Notes: generated by a model from the letters alone, not told the origin. A stretch of DNA of 64,000 nt from Verrucomicrobiota bacterium (GCA_047947115.1 CP170459.1:1952001-2016000), one strand, 5' to 3'. Positions 7,514 through 18,137 are shown, counted from the first letter of the stretch. Translations and numbers: made by a program.

Positions 7514-10500
7514 GTTCTGCTTCTATTTCGATTCCTGACAGGATGGTGCCGTGCTGGTGTTTATCTGGGCTGAAGAGATGGATCTCCAGTCTGTCGGAGA
7601 TTTGGATGCCTTTGAATTCTTTTACGAGCGTGCGCTGGTGGCCTTTGGTTTCTTTTGTTATGTCCAGCATTTCCAGCGCCAGGTTGTGCTGAAGGTATAC
7701 GTCGAAGATGCGGTCTCCTTCGGAAAGTTTTTCAGGTTCCAGAAAGTGAAGTCGGACGGTGTAGTTCCTGATTGCTTTTGTTTTTGAGTCGTTGTTCTCT
7801 TCTTTGGCTGGATTGCTGATATGGGGCTGGATGGTTATTTTCTCCGCATGTTCCACGCCGGAAGCACCCACCCAGTTCATTTCATCTCCTTTGAATCTGG
7901 AGGAGTGGTGGGCGTAATAATGGGCATTTTCGCCTGTTATGGAGATTGGGATTTCCGGAGAATCGCCTCCTACTACAGGAAACTCCAGCCAGAGCGTCCC
8001 ATTCTTTGCTCGCCGATCTCCGGGAGCGCCGAGGTTGACCCCCACCTGGCGAACGATCTCGCCATCTTTGGCGTTGGTGCCCAGTTTTGTATGAGTCCAC
8101 ATATCGATTTCTGGCATGTGAATCAGGGCCAGGGAGGTTTGATTCTGGTAGCCGCAAGTGCAGGTGCGGGTGTAGTCGGGGGCGTTGAGCACTCCGTTGG
8201 CGATGACCAGGTTGGAGGTGCAGCTGGATCGAAAACCTCCCAGGTTTCCTGTGCCGCTGTTTCCTTCCATGTCATAATACCCTGCGGCACCTGAGCGGAA
8301 GGTGATCATGTGTTCGCCTGCAATTGGGGTGTTGCATCCGTAGGCGCGAGAGAACGCCAATGGTTCTTCCTTTTGGGTGAGTGGATTCAGGATAAAGTGT
8401 GGTTTTCCATCCAGTAATCGGAAGGCTCCTGCCGAGGTTTTGTAGGAGTTGGGAGTGGTCAGGATCAGATCGTTGTGAATGATGCAGGGGCCGGTGTAAT
8501 TACGTTCCAGGTTTTTCCAGATGACCTCACCCGTTTTTCCGGAATAGGCCACCATGCCGGTGCCTACTTCATCCCATTTTCGGTCATTTGCGAACGAGCC
8601 CGCCTGAAGCAGGATGTCGTATTCTTCCGAGTAACTTAACCATGTGCCGAATATGTCCCCCGTGGTTTCCCATAACTGATCCCCGGTTTGTGCATCATAG
8701 GCGGCAATCCGGTAGGTATCGGGTTGAACCCGTCCACGTCGTTTCATTTTTCCTTCCGCGCTTTCAGGCAGTTTGTCCAGGCAGTAAATGCGTCCGTTTC
8801 CTGCAACGATGCCATTGTGGATGAATCCGTGGCGTGGTCTGATTTTCCATAAAACATCGCCGGTGTGGCGGTCGAAGGCTACCAGTCCGTCACTGGATGA
8901 AAGATCTTCGACGGGAGGATAGTCCTCTTCCCAGGTCAGCAGGGTTCTGTCGGAAAAGTGAGCGAAGTCGTGCCCCCCAAGCAACAAATCTCCGTAGATG
9001 CCGATGAATCCCCATCTTGGACGCATGATGCCATTGTTTTTGGGGGGAAGGTTTATTTTGCGAATGGTTTTCCCTGTCTCAGCATCCAGCACTTCGCAGT
9101 AGTTCTCCAGAGCGATGTAAACGGTATCTTCGGTTGCGACGTAATTGGAGCCGCGCAGGTTGGCTCCGGCGATATGCACTTGGTTGTAGCTGGTGCTGAG
9201 CGGTATGTCTTTATAGGTTTCATCGTAATAGATTCCGTAAGTGTCGAGATTTTCAATTTTGCGTTTCCAGATGACTCTGCCGGTGTAGACATCGCGCGCG
9301 CTGAGGCTGTCCATGCCTTCGATGATGGATCGTCCTCCGATGACTTGTTCGGGTGGTCCGTGGCCATGTCGCGGGAGGACGTCCATGTTGGAACTTCCTC
9401 CAAACCACAGCAGGCCAAGCGGGAGTTTTACGCGTTGGTCGTCTGATTTGATGGTGTTGGCGATGTCTCCGTATTGATGGGTCCAGTCTGCAGCGCCCGG
9501 CAAGGCGCCTTCGCGTTTCACTTGGATGAATGTTTCCGAGCCATTGGTCGGGGCATCCGTCCCGGACTTGCTCATGCTTTTTGTGCTTACGAGTCCTTTT
9601 TCCAGGTCCAGAGATTGGATGGCAATTTTGAGTTCCTCGACTTGATTCCCCGTGTGAGTGATCCATAGCTGCCCCCCATAGGGTCGAACCGATTGATAAG
9701 CTGCTTTGATCCGTTCTTTGTCTTGGGCAATCTTTTGATCCGTGTCATTGATCAGGACAAGAGAAGCAAAGTAAGGCGAGGCCTGGAATGAAAGAGGATC
9801 TCCCTGGTGCAGTACGATGCGTTTTCCGTAAATGGAATCAGATGTGTCATAAGAGCGACGCAGGGCATTCACCCGGTTAGCATCAGGATCAACTCCGATG
9901 ATATGAAAATCGGTTTGATGCAGTAACAGATCCAAGGCCCGTCTGTCTTCCAGTCCAAAACAAAGAGCATAGCCTGCCTTGGATTCCAAGTTGTCCAGCT
10001 TGCTTTGGAGCAAAGGCCATTCCGCATTGTTGTAGGCCTTTTTGTCCGGAATGGGTGTTGCATTGAGTTTGGGCGAAAAATCTCCGAATGCCAGGATATG
10101 TCCATCCAACGTTACAGCAAATAGCATTTCGTTCGCAGCCAGCAAGCGCTGGATGTTTGCTTCGATCTTCTGCACCCAGATGGGTGTGGGAGGAGTTTCA
10201 GAATTCCTGGAGAGTTGAAACGATGAGAGGGTGTTTTTGCCAGCGGCGTAGAGACGGTTTCCAGCCTTGATCAAATCGCCCGAAGCATCGCCTTTGATTT
10301 CCCATTGCTTCTTATGTTTGCCGTTGAAAGCTTCAATCAAATTGCCAGCCCATCCATTGACATGAGGTGCTTTCATGGTTTCCAGTTCTGACGCCAGTTG
10401 AGAGATTTGCTTTTCCGCATTTGCAATCTTGGTTTCGGCTTTCTTGACGGCTTCTTCTGTTTTGGCTTTAGCCAGGTCCATTCTTCCAGCAGTTTTGTTT

Positions 10501-11534
10501 TTTCTGGCCGAGCTTAGTTTTGATGCCAACTGATCCACTCTGGTCGCGAATATGGTTTCATCGAGCGAAGCATATAGAAACGCTCCATCCAAAACCGGTT
10601 CATTGAGTTCAAAGCTGGATTTGTCCCCATTTGCAATATCGTAAGCGCGCACCCCGCGAACCCGGGTGTGAGCAAGGAAATGTTGCTCGTTGGCTATAAC
10701 GAAAGAGCCTCCGTTTCCTTTTCCACCTTCTGCGATGCGGAAGTATTTGAAATCCCCGTTGTGCCGATCGAACACAGCCGGAACGGATCGACCTCCCGGA
10801 ATAATCAGGTGATCTTCCGTGGCTACCAGCGATCCTTGTGGTGCGACGCCTGCGAATGAGGGGGCGTTGTGCGGTTGCTTGATGTATTGGGCATTGGTGC
10901 TGTCGTTCACCCATTGCACATGGCCGGTTTGGGCATCCAATGCGTAAATAAATGTTCCCATGAATGGCCAGATGCTGGAAGCGAAATAGAGGGTGCCGTC
11001 ACGTATCACGGGACCTCCCCGAGCCGGCCATGCCGAAATCACACGTTCGTTGCCGATGACTTTGAGATTTCCCGGAGCACCTCGAAAAGACCAGGCAAGT
11101 TCGCCGGTTTGGGTTTTCAGGCAGTAAAGGGATCCATCGTCACTGACAAAATACACATGCTCCCCATTCGCAACTGCAGGAAAGCGGATCGGACCGTCGG
11201 TGTAGAAACGCCAGGCTTCCGTTCCGGTCCTGATGTCCAAGGCCAAAACCTTGTCGCTGTCATTGAAATTGAGGACCATCAAATCGCCGGAAACGATGGG
11301 CTCAAAGATCCGGTCGTAGGTCATTAAATCATGGTTGAGCGGATCATCCCAAACTTGTTCGCGCTTGGGGAAGGAGCGTTTCCATACCAGACGCAAGTTA
11401 TCGGGAAGCACCTCAGGTGTGTTGGCAGAACGATTGGCGTCGTATCTCCATTGAGGCCAGTCAGCGGCCGTCGCGGTCATCAGGAACGTCAGGCATCCGA
11501 GCAGGAAAATGGTTTTGATCGTTTTTATCATCAA
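7509..11534 (-). CDS. Secreted protein with two PQQ-type beta-propeller regions, a central SAM-methyltransferase-like segment and a C-terminal malectin-like domain
   Basis: Signal peptide; ADWPQWRYDANRS; repeated ALD..TG...W motifs; second propeller begins at GAADWTHQYGD; middle segment IIGVDPD...RPYGG; C-terminal YTVRLHFLEP...RIFDVYLQ. Confidence 0.85.
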   Translation of the reverse strand: MMIKTIKTIFLLGCLTFLMTATAADWPQWRYDANRSANTPEVLPDNLRLVWKRSFPKREQVWDDPLNHDLMTYDRIFEPIVSGDLMVLNFNDSDKVLALDIRTGTEAWRFYTDGPIRFPAVANGEHVYFVSDDGSLYCLKTQTGELAWSFRGAPGNLKVIGNERVISAWPARGGPVIRDGTLYFASSIWPFMGTFIYALDAQTGHVQWVNDSTNAQYIKQPHNAPSFAGVAPQGSLVATEDHLIIPGGRSVPAVFDRHNGDFKYFRIAEGGKGNGGSFVIANEQHFLAHTRVRGVRAYDIANGDKSSFELNEPVLDGAFLYASLDETIFATRVDQLASKLSSARKNKTAGRMDLAKAKTEEAVKKAETKIANAEKQISQLASELETMKAPHVNGWAGNLIEAFNGKHKKQWEIKGDASGDLIKAGNRLYAAGKNTLSSFQLSRNSETPPTPIWVQKIEANIQRLLAANEMLFAVTLDGHILAFGDFSPKLNATPIPDKKAYNNAEWPLLQSKLDNLESKAGYALCFGLEDRRALDLLLHQTDFHIIGVDPDANRVNALRRSYDTSDSIYGKRIVLHQGDPLSFQASPYFASLVLINDTDQKIAQDKERIKAAYQSVRPYGGQLWITHTGNQVEELKIAIQSLDLEKGLVSTKSMSKSGTDAPTNGSETFIQVKREGALPGAADWTHQYGDIANTIKSDDQRVKLPLGLLWFGGSSNMDVLPRHGHGPPEQVIGGRSIIEGMDSLSARDVYTGRVIWKRKIENLDTYGIYYDETYKDIPLSTSYNQVHIAGANLRGSNYVATEDTVYIALENYCEVLDAETGKTIRKINLPPKNNGIMRPRWGFIGIYGDLLLGGHDFAHFSDRTLLTWEEDYPPVEDLSSSDGLVAFDRHTGDVLWKIRPRHGFIHNGIVAGNGRIYCLDKLPESAEGKMKRRGRVQPDTYRIAAYDAQTGDQLWETTGDIFGTWLSYSEEYDILLQAGSFANDRKWDEVGTGMVAYSGKTGEVIWKNLERNYTGPCIIHNDLILTTPNSYKTSAGAFRLLDGKPHFILNPLTQKEEPLAFSRAYGCNTPIAGEHMITFRSGAAGYYDMEGNSGTGNLGGFRSSCTSNLVIANGVLNAPDYTRTCTCGYQNQTSLALIHMPEIDMWTHTKLGTNAKDGEIVRQVGVNLGAPGDRRAKNGTLWLEFPVVGGDSPEIPISITGENAHYYAHHSSRFKGDEMNWVGASGVEHAEKITIQPHISNPAKEENNDSKTKAIRNYTVRLHFLEPEKLSEGDRIFDVYLQHNLALEMLDITKETKGHQRTLVKEFKGIQISDRLEIHLFSPDKHQHGTILSGIEIEAEQ

Positions 11535-11650
11535 TCAGCTTGGTTTTTGTCACTCAGGTGTTGGCCGGGTTTTATATCAGTTTGCTCTGGTTCAGGCAAC
11601 GGAGACAAAGCAACAATTTTGTGTCCTCTTTGACCTGAGACACATCCGGA

Positions 11651-12883
11651 CTATGATGGGTTGCGTTTCAAAAAGTAAAATCCGCTCAGTAAAACCGCGA
11701 CACCGATGATGGCGCAGGCAATGGCGGTGGTGAGCAATACGGATGGACTGTCTTGCGATGGGGCAAGAGATGTTTCGGCTTCAGGATGCGGAACTTCTGA
11801 TACATGGACTTGGGGGGATTCCGGATGAAAACTGTTTGTTGCAGGGGCTTCCAGCGTGACGAAACCGGTCAGGGGAGGCAGCTCACGGTCGATTTCAAAT
11901 TGCCGGTTGACCAGATGATCCCAATCCACGGACATCAGCAAATCGACTCCTGGGTTCTGTTCTTTCACCTCGCAAGAACAGGCCCCGGTGAGAAAGACGC
12001 AGGCCTCGTCAATGACATCCGGCGCGATGCCTTCTCCAATGAGCGCATAGAGAGCGCGACCTCTTCCGAAAATGGGAAATGCCATCGGTTCATTGAAAGT
12101 CGTCAGGTCGCTCTCCGTGCCCAATAACATCTGAATGAAGAATGATTCATCCGGATCATCCCTCGAAATCCTGAGTGTGGAAAAAGCGATGCTTAATTCT
12201 TCTTCCTCGATGGAAATCAGTCCATCTGCGACATCGACAGGATCCAATGCAGGAAGTTCCAGATGTTCGCTGAGGTGTTCAAGTCGTTCGGTCAGGCGAT
12301 TGTAAGCCAATTGATCTTTGGCGACCTGGCCACTTTCAAGCAGCACCCAGACGGCGGATTCACCTTTCAACAGGCGGCGGGCGATTTCTCTGCGGGCCGG
12401 GGAGTCTGTTATTCGTTGGATGTTTTGTTCGTTCAGTTCCGCGGTCCAGAAAGGTTTCTGGTTAAAATGCCCGATAGGGTAGGAAACCATCATGGTGGGC
12501 GCACTTTGGTCACCTTCCTGTTTCCAGAAGGAAAGCAGACTTTCGTCAGGTAGGTTGTTTATATCGATCGTTTCGACACTGATATTGGTGGGGCCATCCG
12601 AGGTGGAAGTGGCGTCAGGCAATGGGGCGATCAGGGATATTTGAGCATCGGTCAGCGGCTGGTCGTGCAAGATTCTGATTTGGAATGTGTCGGGAGCCCA
12701 ACGTTCCAAGGCATAGCGGAAAACGGGCACAGAACAGGCTGTTACTTCACATGAGAGTGCTGATCCCATTAAGACCAGGCATGCCAGTATGGTTGAGTAC
12801 ACACTTCGAGCTTGTTGAAACAATGGCACATGACGTTGCCGAGTCTTTGAGAAGATATGGATGTTGCACTTTTGGCATGCCAT
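11651..12883 (-). CDS. Conserved exported hypothetical protein (ACSVPVFRYALERW family) with a C-terminal membrane anchor
   Basis: Signal-peptide-like region ending just before CSVPVFRYALERW; motifs DSPARREI, FPIFGRGRAL, LTGACSCEVKEQNPGVDLL; C-terminal TM plus basic tail. The true start may lie downstream of 12883. Confidence 0.75.
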   Translation of the reverse strand: MACQKCNIHIFSKTRQRHVPLFQQARSVYSTILACLVLMGSALSCEVTACSVPVFRYALERWAPDTFQIRILHDQPLTDAQISLIAPLPDATSTSDGPTNISVETIDINNLPDESLLSFWKQEGDQSAPTMMVSYPIGHFNQKPFWTAELNEQNIQRITDSPARREIARRLLKGESAVWVLLESGQVAKDQLAYNRLTERLEHLSEHLELPALDPVDVADGLISIEEEELSIAFSTLRISRDDPDESFFIQMLLGTESDLTTFNEPMAFPIFGRGRALYALIGEGIAPDVIDEACVFLTGACSCEVKEQNPGVDLLMSVDWDHLVNRQFEIDRELPPLTGFVTLEAPATNSFHPESPQVHVSEVPHPEAETSLAPSQDSPSVLLTTAIACAIIGVAVLLSGFYFLKRNPS

Positions 12884-12971
12884 GGTGCATTTTTAACCCG
12901 TCAGTGACCTCATGCAACGATATTATACTGATTGCCAAAAGTATGTGAGCATAACGGCTTGCTGTTGCTTC

Positions 12972-13019
12972 TTATTCTCACGCCCGCTGCGCTAGGGACG
13001 CAGTGGCGCAAAGTTTTTT
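12972..13019 (+). repeat. Dispersed REP-like element, copy B
   Basis: TTATTCTCACGCC-cgctgcg-CTaGgGACGCagtGGCGCaaaGTTTTTT; the 13-bp head is identical to, and the 3' half aligns with, 524-580. Confidence 0.55.
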
Positions 13020-13110
13020 CTGAAATTACTTCTGGCAAACGTTATAAGCAAAATAAGCAATGCATCCAACGAGGGAGGAAACCTTATCGCAAGGTAGTAT
13101 CCCGGGTGAC

Positions 13111-13857
13111 TCAGGGGGCAAGCGTTATACGTGCCCTGATAAACTCCAGTCCCAACCACGAGGAGGGCTCAAATGTGAAGATGCTTGATGACGCATCAGG
13201 AGACTTGCTCCAGATTCCGCTTTGCTGTTTCCAGTGAACCGGTTCCGAGAGGTCGTGGGTGGTTTCAATCATGGCGGTCTTGTTTTCAGGTAATGAGATA
13301 GTCAATTGGACCAGGCCTGATTCATCTACACGGAACGTCTTGATCGCAATCAAAGACTGCGCATCGTTCGGATCAGTAGAGGCAAGGATTTCCTCCAGGT
13401 CCGTCAAACCGTCACCATCGGTATCCCATCCCGGGATTGCTTGATCTGTGGGGCTTCCCAAGAGGTGTTCCCACCGATCCGTGACACCGTCCCCGTCACT
13501 GTCTTTTTCAAACAACACCGATTCCGTGGAAAGAATCTCAATTGGAAAGGCCGTATGAGGCAGGTTTTGTTCGGTGGTTTCAGCAGCAAGTGTGAAACTC
13601 AGGGAAAGGGGGGAGACATTCGGCAAAGTCTGGTAACGTTCTCCATGACGCCATATCATCTCTGCCTGCATCCAAAATTTCGAATCTTCCGGATTTCCAA
13701 TGGACGCTTTGAGTGTTTGATGATAGCTGCCCACCTCGCTCGTATCGATGCGTTGATCTCCATTCGAATCTGCCGGGTGGCTTGTTTGCGCTTGCAAATG
13801 AATAAGTGTTAAGAAAGCACAAAAGATTCCACAGTAAATACCCCTAATCTTGCTCAT
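13111..13857 (-). CDS. Secreted Ca-binding repeat protein (EF-hand/dockerin-like, TSP3-like repeats, C-terminal beta domain)
   Basis: Signal peptide; HPADSNGDQRIDTSE; DSDGDGVTDRWE; DTDGDGLTDLEE...TDPND; C-terminal IETTHDL...W...FIRARI. Confidence 0.75.
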   Translation of the reverse strand: MSKIRGIYCGIFCAFLTLIHLQAQTSHPADSNGDQRIDTSEVGSYHQTLKASIGNPEDSKFWMQAEMIWRHGERYQTLPNVSPLSLSFTLAAETTEQNLPHTAFPIEILSTESVLFEKDSDGDGVTDRWEHLLGSPTDQAIPGWDTDGDGLTDLEEILASTDPNDAQSLIAIKTFRVDESGLVQLTISLPENKTAMIETTHDLSEPVHWKQQSGIWSKSPDASSSIFTFEPSSWLGLEFIRARITLAP

Positions 13858-14256
13858 CTCAGAAAAATTAATTGTCAACTGACGACAAAGCTATTGGGTC
13901 TTGAGAAATCAATTCAAGCCTTGAAAGTTCAAATATCGAATTATCCCCCCGGTGAAATGATGAATCTGTTTCGATTGGTCGATTTCTTGGGTTTCGATGC
14001 GGCTGAAGATAAAAATTTAGGGAGGGAAACATGTGATTTTTGAGCTCAGGCAACAGCAGTTCCATGAAAAACGCACCAGGCCTCTATTGGTCGATGTCAA
14101 TGAAAGCACCGGGTATTCCATGAGGCAAAATAAGACATGGTGATGAAAATGGTTTAGCAGAATCAGTAAAGCTTTTTTAAAGATGGGTAAAACGCCACTT
14201 TAACGTTATTTTAAAACATACATGAATACCGCCGGTGGGGTAGTTTTAAAATTGAT

Positions 14257-14272
14257 CCACAATATCTGGTGG
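14257..14272. promoter_or_regulatory. NrdR-box-like palindrome upstream of smc
   Basis: CCACAATATCTGGTGG compared with consensus acaCwAtATaTwGtgt. A very degenerate candidate second box, ATACCGCCGGTGGGGT, starts 31 bp upstream at 14226. Confidence 0.55.
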
Positions 14273-14316
14273 TTTTGGTCTTTACATCGCTTAAGGCGGT
14301 TTGCATGATAGCCGTC

Positions 14317-17300
14317 ATGCATCTCAAGAACCTGACGGTATTGGGGTTCAAATCGTTTGCGGACAAGACGTCCCTGAACTTTGAGCCCGGCATTACCGCC
14401 ATTGTTGGACCGAATGGCTGCGGCAAGTCCAATGTGGCGGATGCGATCCGTTGGGTACTGGGGGAGCAGTCGGCCAAGGCTTTGCGTGGTGGTGAGATGG
14501 CCGATGTTATTTTCAACGGCACCGACAAGCGCAAACCATACGGTATGGCCGAGGTTTCCCTGACCCTGACCGATGTGGATGAGGAGCATCTACAGGCGGC
14601 GGGGGTGGATCTTTCCTTCAATGAGATCACGGTGACGCGTCGAGTGATCCGTGATGGGGGGAGCGAGTATTACATCAACAAGACTCAATGCCGCCTGCGT
14701 GACATCCAGCAGTTGTTCATGGGGACCGGTGTGGGGCGTGCCAGTTACAGCATCATGGCGCAGGGGAACATCACCCAGTTGTTGAGCAGCAAGCCCGAGG
14801 ATCGCCGTATAGTCTTTGAAGAAGCCGCCGGGATTACCAAGTTCAAGGCCCAGAAGAAGGAAGCCTTGCGCAAACTGGATCACACGGATCAGAACCTTCT
14901 GCGCGTGGCGGACTTGGTCGGGGAGGTCAAGCGTCAGATCAGTTCACTGCAGCGTCAGGCGGGCAAAGCAAAGCGATATAAGAAAGTTCATACCGAACTC
15001 AAGCATTTGGAAACCCAGTTGGCTCGTCATGAGTATGATGTGTTGCAGGGGGAGATTCAGGATCGTCAGTCCGCATTTGAAGGGTTGAAGCAGCAACAGG
15101 ACGAGTCCTCCTCGACCGTGGAAATTAATGAGGAAGAGATTCGGCAGTTGCGCTCCCGGTTGGCTCAGATCGATGGTGAGATCAGTCAGTCACGTCAGCG
15201 TGAGATGGAATTGAAAAACCAGGTGGATCGCAACGAGGGGCGGATTCAATACAACCGTGAGCGACTGGTTGAACTGGAACATCAGAACGAACGTGCGCTC
15301 AGCGAGATCAATCAATCGGAAGAACGCAAAAAGCAGGCGGAAATCGATCTGGAATCCCTCCGTCAATCTTTTGCCGGCGCCGAAGATCATCTGCAGCAGA
15401 AGCGAGAACTGGTCGAAGGCCATCAAGAAGAAGTGCGCCGGGTGGAGGTTGCCATTGGTTCCAAGCGGGAAGCGTTTCGACAGTCCCAAAGTGATTCGTT
15501 GGTGGCAACGCAATCCGTTGGCAAGGTGCGCAATGAGATCAGCGCACTTGATTTTCAATTGCAGAGTCACACGACACGCCTGGAAAAGCTTTCTGCTGAA
15601 AAGATCCAGCTTGAGGAAGAACGGTCCTTGCAGAAGGAGAAGCTGGAAAAGTTTTCAGATACCGTAGAAGCCGACAAAAAAGCTGCACATGATCAGCGTG
15701 CATCGGTCGAAGAACGTCAGGCTCGCCTGAAAGCATTGCAGGAGGAAATTCGTGACGCCAGTGAGCGCCTGGACGTCGTGTTGCATTCGCAGGCTGAGAA
15801 ACGCAGCCAGTTGCAGGTGTTGAAGGATCTGGAGTCTTCGCACGAGGGTTTCAGTGAAGGGGCGGTGGCTGCTTTGAAGGAAGTGGATGCCTTGCTGGGC
15901 TCGCTTGCGGATCATATCCGTGTTGAGGAGGCGTTCATTCCAGCCATTGAAGCAGCTTTGGGTGAGTATTTACAGGTCGCCATCACCGAGTCGTCCGAAT
16001 CGGCGCAGGACATTTTAAGCCACCTCCAGGAGAAAAACTCCGGTAGCGCGAGTATTGCTTCGGTGCAGATGATGAAAATGGTGGCCAACGGGCATTTTCA
16101 ACAGCGGCCCGCCATGGTTGACCCGGCCTTCAGCCCGCATGGAACGCCAGCTCTGGCAGTGTTGGAAAGTGATCCGATCGTTCAGCCCTTGCTGGATTGT
16201 CTGCTGGGGGCGGTTTATATCGTGGAGGACATGGCTTCCGCTGTTTCCGCATGGAAAGAAGCCGGTCTGAGTGTTCGATTTGTCACCAAGAAAGGGGAGA
16301 TCCTGAGCCCTTGCGGCGTCTTCACCGGTGGGGGAACAGTTGCTTCCGGGAAGAACCTCACCACATCCATTTTGGCCCGGAAAAGCAAAATTGCCCAGTT
16401 GGAGGAACAGGTGGCGACGATTCAGGAAGAGGTCACCGAGGCCAGTCGGCACAAAGGCAGGCTTTCCGCCGAAATGACCACCCTGCAGGCCGGGCTTCAG
16501 GAAGCTCAATCCGAACTCAAGACCCGCGAGGTTTCCATCGCCACCAGTGAGGGCGAATACCGTGCATTGAAATCCTCCACTCAGGTGCTGGAACAGAAAA
16601 TTGAGACGGTGGTGTATGAGATCCGGAACCTCTCTGATCAGGATAAAAAGATTTTCCAGGACAAGGAAGTTCTCGAGAAACGTTTGCAGGAACTGATTGC
16701 GCGCGAGGAAGCCGTTCAATCGGGACTGGAATCCTTGAACCAGGAACTGGATCAACTCCGTCAGGAACGTGACCAGGCTCAGGCGGCATTGACCGAATCC
16801 AAGGTCATGTTGGCTTCCGAAGAACAAGCCGTAGCCGCCTTGAGGGGGCAGAAAGGTCCGTTGGAGCAGCGCATTCGCGAACTGAATCAAGCGATTGAAC
16901 AACGACGTGCCGAAACCAACGCAGTGCTCCAGAAACGCGAGCAGTGCGAAACGGAGATTTACGATTCGGAAGGTATCATTGAGACACTGCGTCAGGAGCG
17001 CGCGACGGTCAGTGAACAGACCGAATCTCTCGTTGAGCACCGTCAATCCCAGGATGGTGCGATTCATGAGCGTGATGCCATCCTGACCGAACACCGGCAG
17101 CGGTTGAATGAAGTTCAGAGTCGTCGCAGTGTCATCGAGGTGGAATTGGCGCAGAAACTTTCCAAACTGGAGAACCTCTGCAGGCGGATTGAGGAACGGT
17201 ATCAGGTGGCCTTGCATGAAGTAGAGTGCGGGCAATTGGAACTGTTCTCAGACGAAGACGAAGATGCCGACGCCGAGGACCAGTTCGAGCCCATACCCGT

Positions 17301-18117
17301 CACACTTGATGGAGAGGTTGACTGGGATGGAGTGCGCGAGCGGGTAAAGACCTTGCAGAAGAAGATCGACAGCATGGGGCCGGTGAATCTGGTTGCCATT
17401 GAGGAGTATGAAGAAACCGAGGAACGTCATCAGTTCCTGACCCAGCAGTATGATGATCTGGTGAAAGCCAAGGAGGAGTTGATGACCGTTCTGGACCGGA
17501 TCAATATTCAGACCCGGGAAATGTTTGTGGAGACCTTTAACAAGATTCGCGCCAATTTCCAGGCGACCTTCACCGAGATCTTTGGGGGTGGCATGGCTGA
17601 TCTCATTTTGCATGACGATGAGGACGTGTTGGAAAGTGGTATCGATATTGTTGCGCGGCCTCCGGGCAAAAAGCTTCAGAGTATCTCGCTTCTGTCCGGT
17701 GGAGAACAGACCATGACCGCCGTTGCGCTTTTGTTCGCGATCTACCAGGTGCGTCCGAGTCCGTTTTGTGTGCTGGACGAGTTGGATGCACCATTGGATG
17801 AATCGAACATCAATCGTTTCATCAAGATCCTGGAGCGATTCCTGGATCATTCACAATTTATCATCATTACCCACAACAAACGAACCATCTCCATCGCGGA
17901 CATCCTTTATGGGGTGACCATGCAGGAGCGTGGTGTCAGTCGTATTGTGAGTGTGAAATTCAATAAGGATGAAGATGCCGGATTGAAAAAAGTCGGAGGG
18001 CGATTGGAGGCCGCCGGCGATGGAAGTAACGGAGCGGCTTCCGTGGCGGATGCCGTTTCTGGGCAATCATCCAAACGAGGCACATCGCCTTCGGATGAAG
18101 TGGTTTTGGCAAAGTAG
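14317..18117 (+). CDS. smc: Chromosome segregation protein SMC
   Basis: MHLKNLTVLGFKSFA start; Walker A GPNGCGKSN; long coiled coils with hinge; LSGGE signature; Walker B/D-loop FCVLDELDAPLD; ITHNK. Confidence 0.98.
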   Translation: MHLKNLTVLGFKSFADKTSLNFEPGITAIVGPNGCGKSNVADAIRWVLGEQSAKALRGGEMADVIFNGTDKRKPYGMAEVSLTLTDVDEEHLQAAGVDLSFNEITVTRRVIRDGGSEYYINKTQCRLRDIQQLFMGTGVGRASYSIMAQGNITQLLSSKPEDRRIVFEEAAGITKFKAQKKEALRKLDHTDQNLLRVADLVGEVKRQISSLQRQAGKAKRYKKVHTELKHLETQLARHEYDVLQGEIQDRQSAFEGLKQQQDESSSTVEINEEEIRQLRSRLAQIDGEISQSRQREMELKNQVDRNEGRIQYNRERLVELEHQNERALSEINQSEERKKQAEIDLESLRQSFAGAEDHLQQKRELVEGHQEEVRRVEVAIGSKREAFRQSQSDSLVATQSVGKVRNEISALDFQLQSHTTRLEKLSAEKIQLEEERSLQKEKLEKFSDTVEADKKAAHDQRASVEERQARLKALQEEIRDASERLDVVLHSQAEKRSQLQVLKDLESSHEGFSEGAVAALKEVDALLGSLADHIRVEEAFIPAIEAALGEYLQVAITESSESAQDILSHLQEKNSGSASIASVQMMKMVANGHFQQRPAMVDPAFSPHGTPALAVLESDPIVQPLLDCLLGAVYIVEDMASAVSAWKEAGLSVRFVTKKGEILSPCGVFTGGGTVASGKNLTTSILARKSKIAQLEEQVATIQEEVTEASRHKGRLSAEMTTLQAGLQEAQSELKTREVSIATSEGEYRALKSSTQVLEQKIETVVYEIRNLSDQDKKIFQDKEVLEKRLQELIAREEAVQSGLESLNQELDQLRQERDQAQAALTESKVMLASEEQAVAALRGQKGPLEQRIRELNQAIEQRRAETNAVLQKREQCETEIYDSEGIIETLRQERATVSEQTESLVEHRQSQDGAIHERDAILTEHRQRLNEVQSRRSVIEVELAQKLSKLENLCRRIEERYQVALHEVECGQLELFSDEDEDADAEDQFEPIPVTLDGEVDWDGVRERVKTLQKKIDSMGPVNLVAIEEYEETEERHQFLTQQYDDLVKAKEELMTVLDRINIQTREMFVETFNKIRANFQATFTEIFGGGMADLILHDDEDVLESGIDIVARPPGKKLQSISLLSGGEQTMTAVALLFAIYQVRPSPFCVLDELDAPLDESNINRFIKILERFLDHSQFIIITHNKRTISIADILYGVTMQERGVSRIVSVKFNKDEDAGLKKVGGRLEAAGDGSNGAASVADAVSGQSSKRGTSPSDEVVLAK

Positions 18118-18137
18118 AAAGCTTGTTTCAAGGGGGT

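Noticed and set aside
13858..14256. oriC candidate (AT-rich intergenic region upstream of smc) and 65-aa ORF 13868-14065
   Set aside because: Only isolated imperfect DnaA-box-like words (e.g. TGATCCACA at 14253) and no dnaA nearby; the ORF has no recognisable features.
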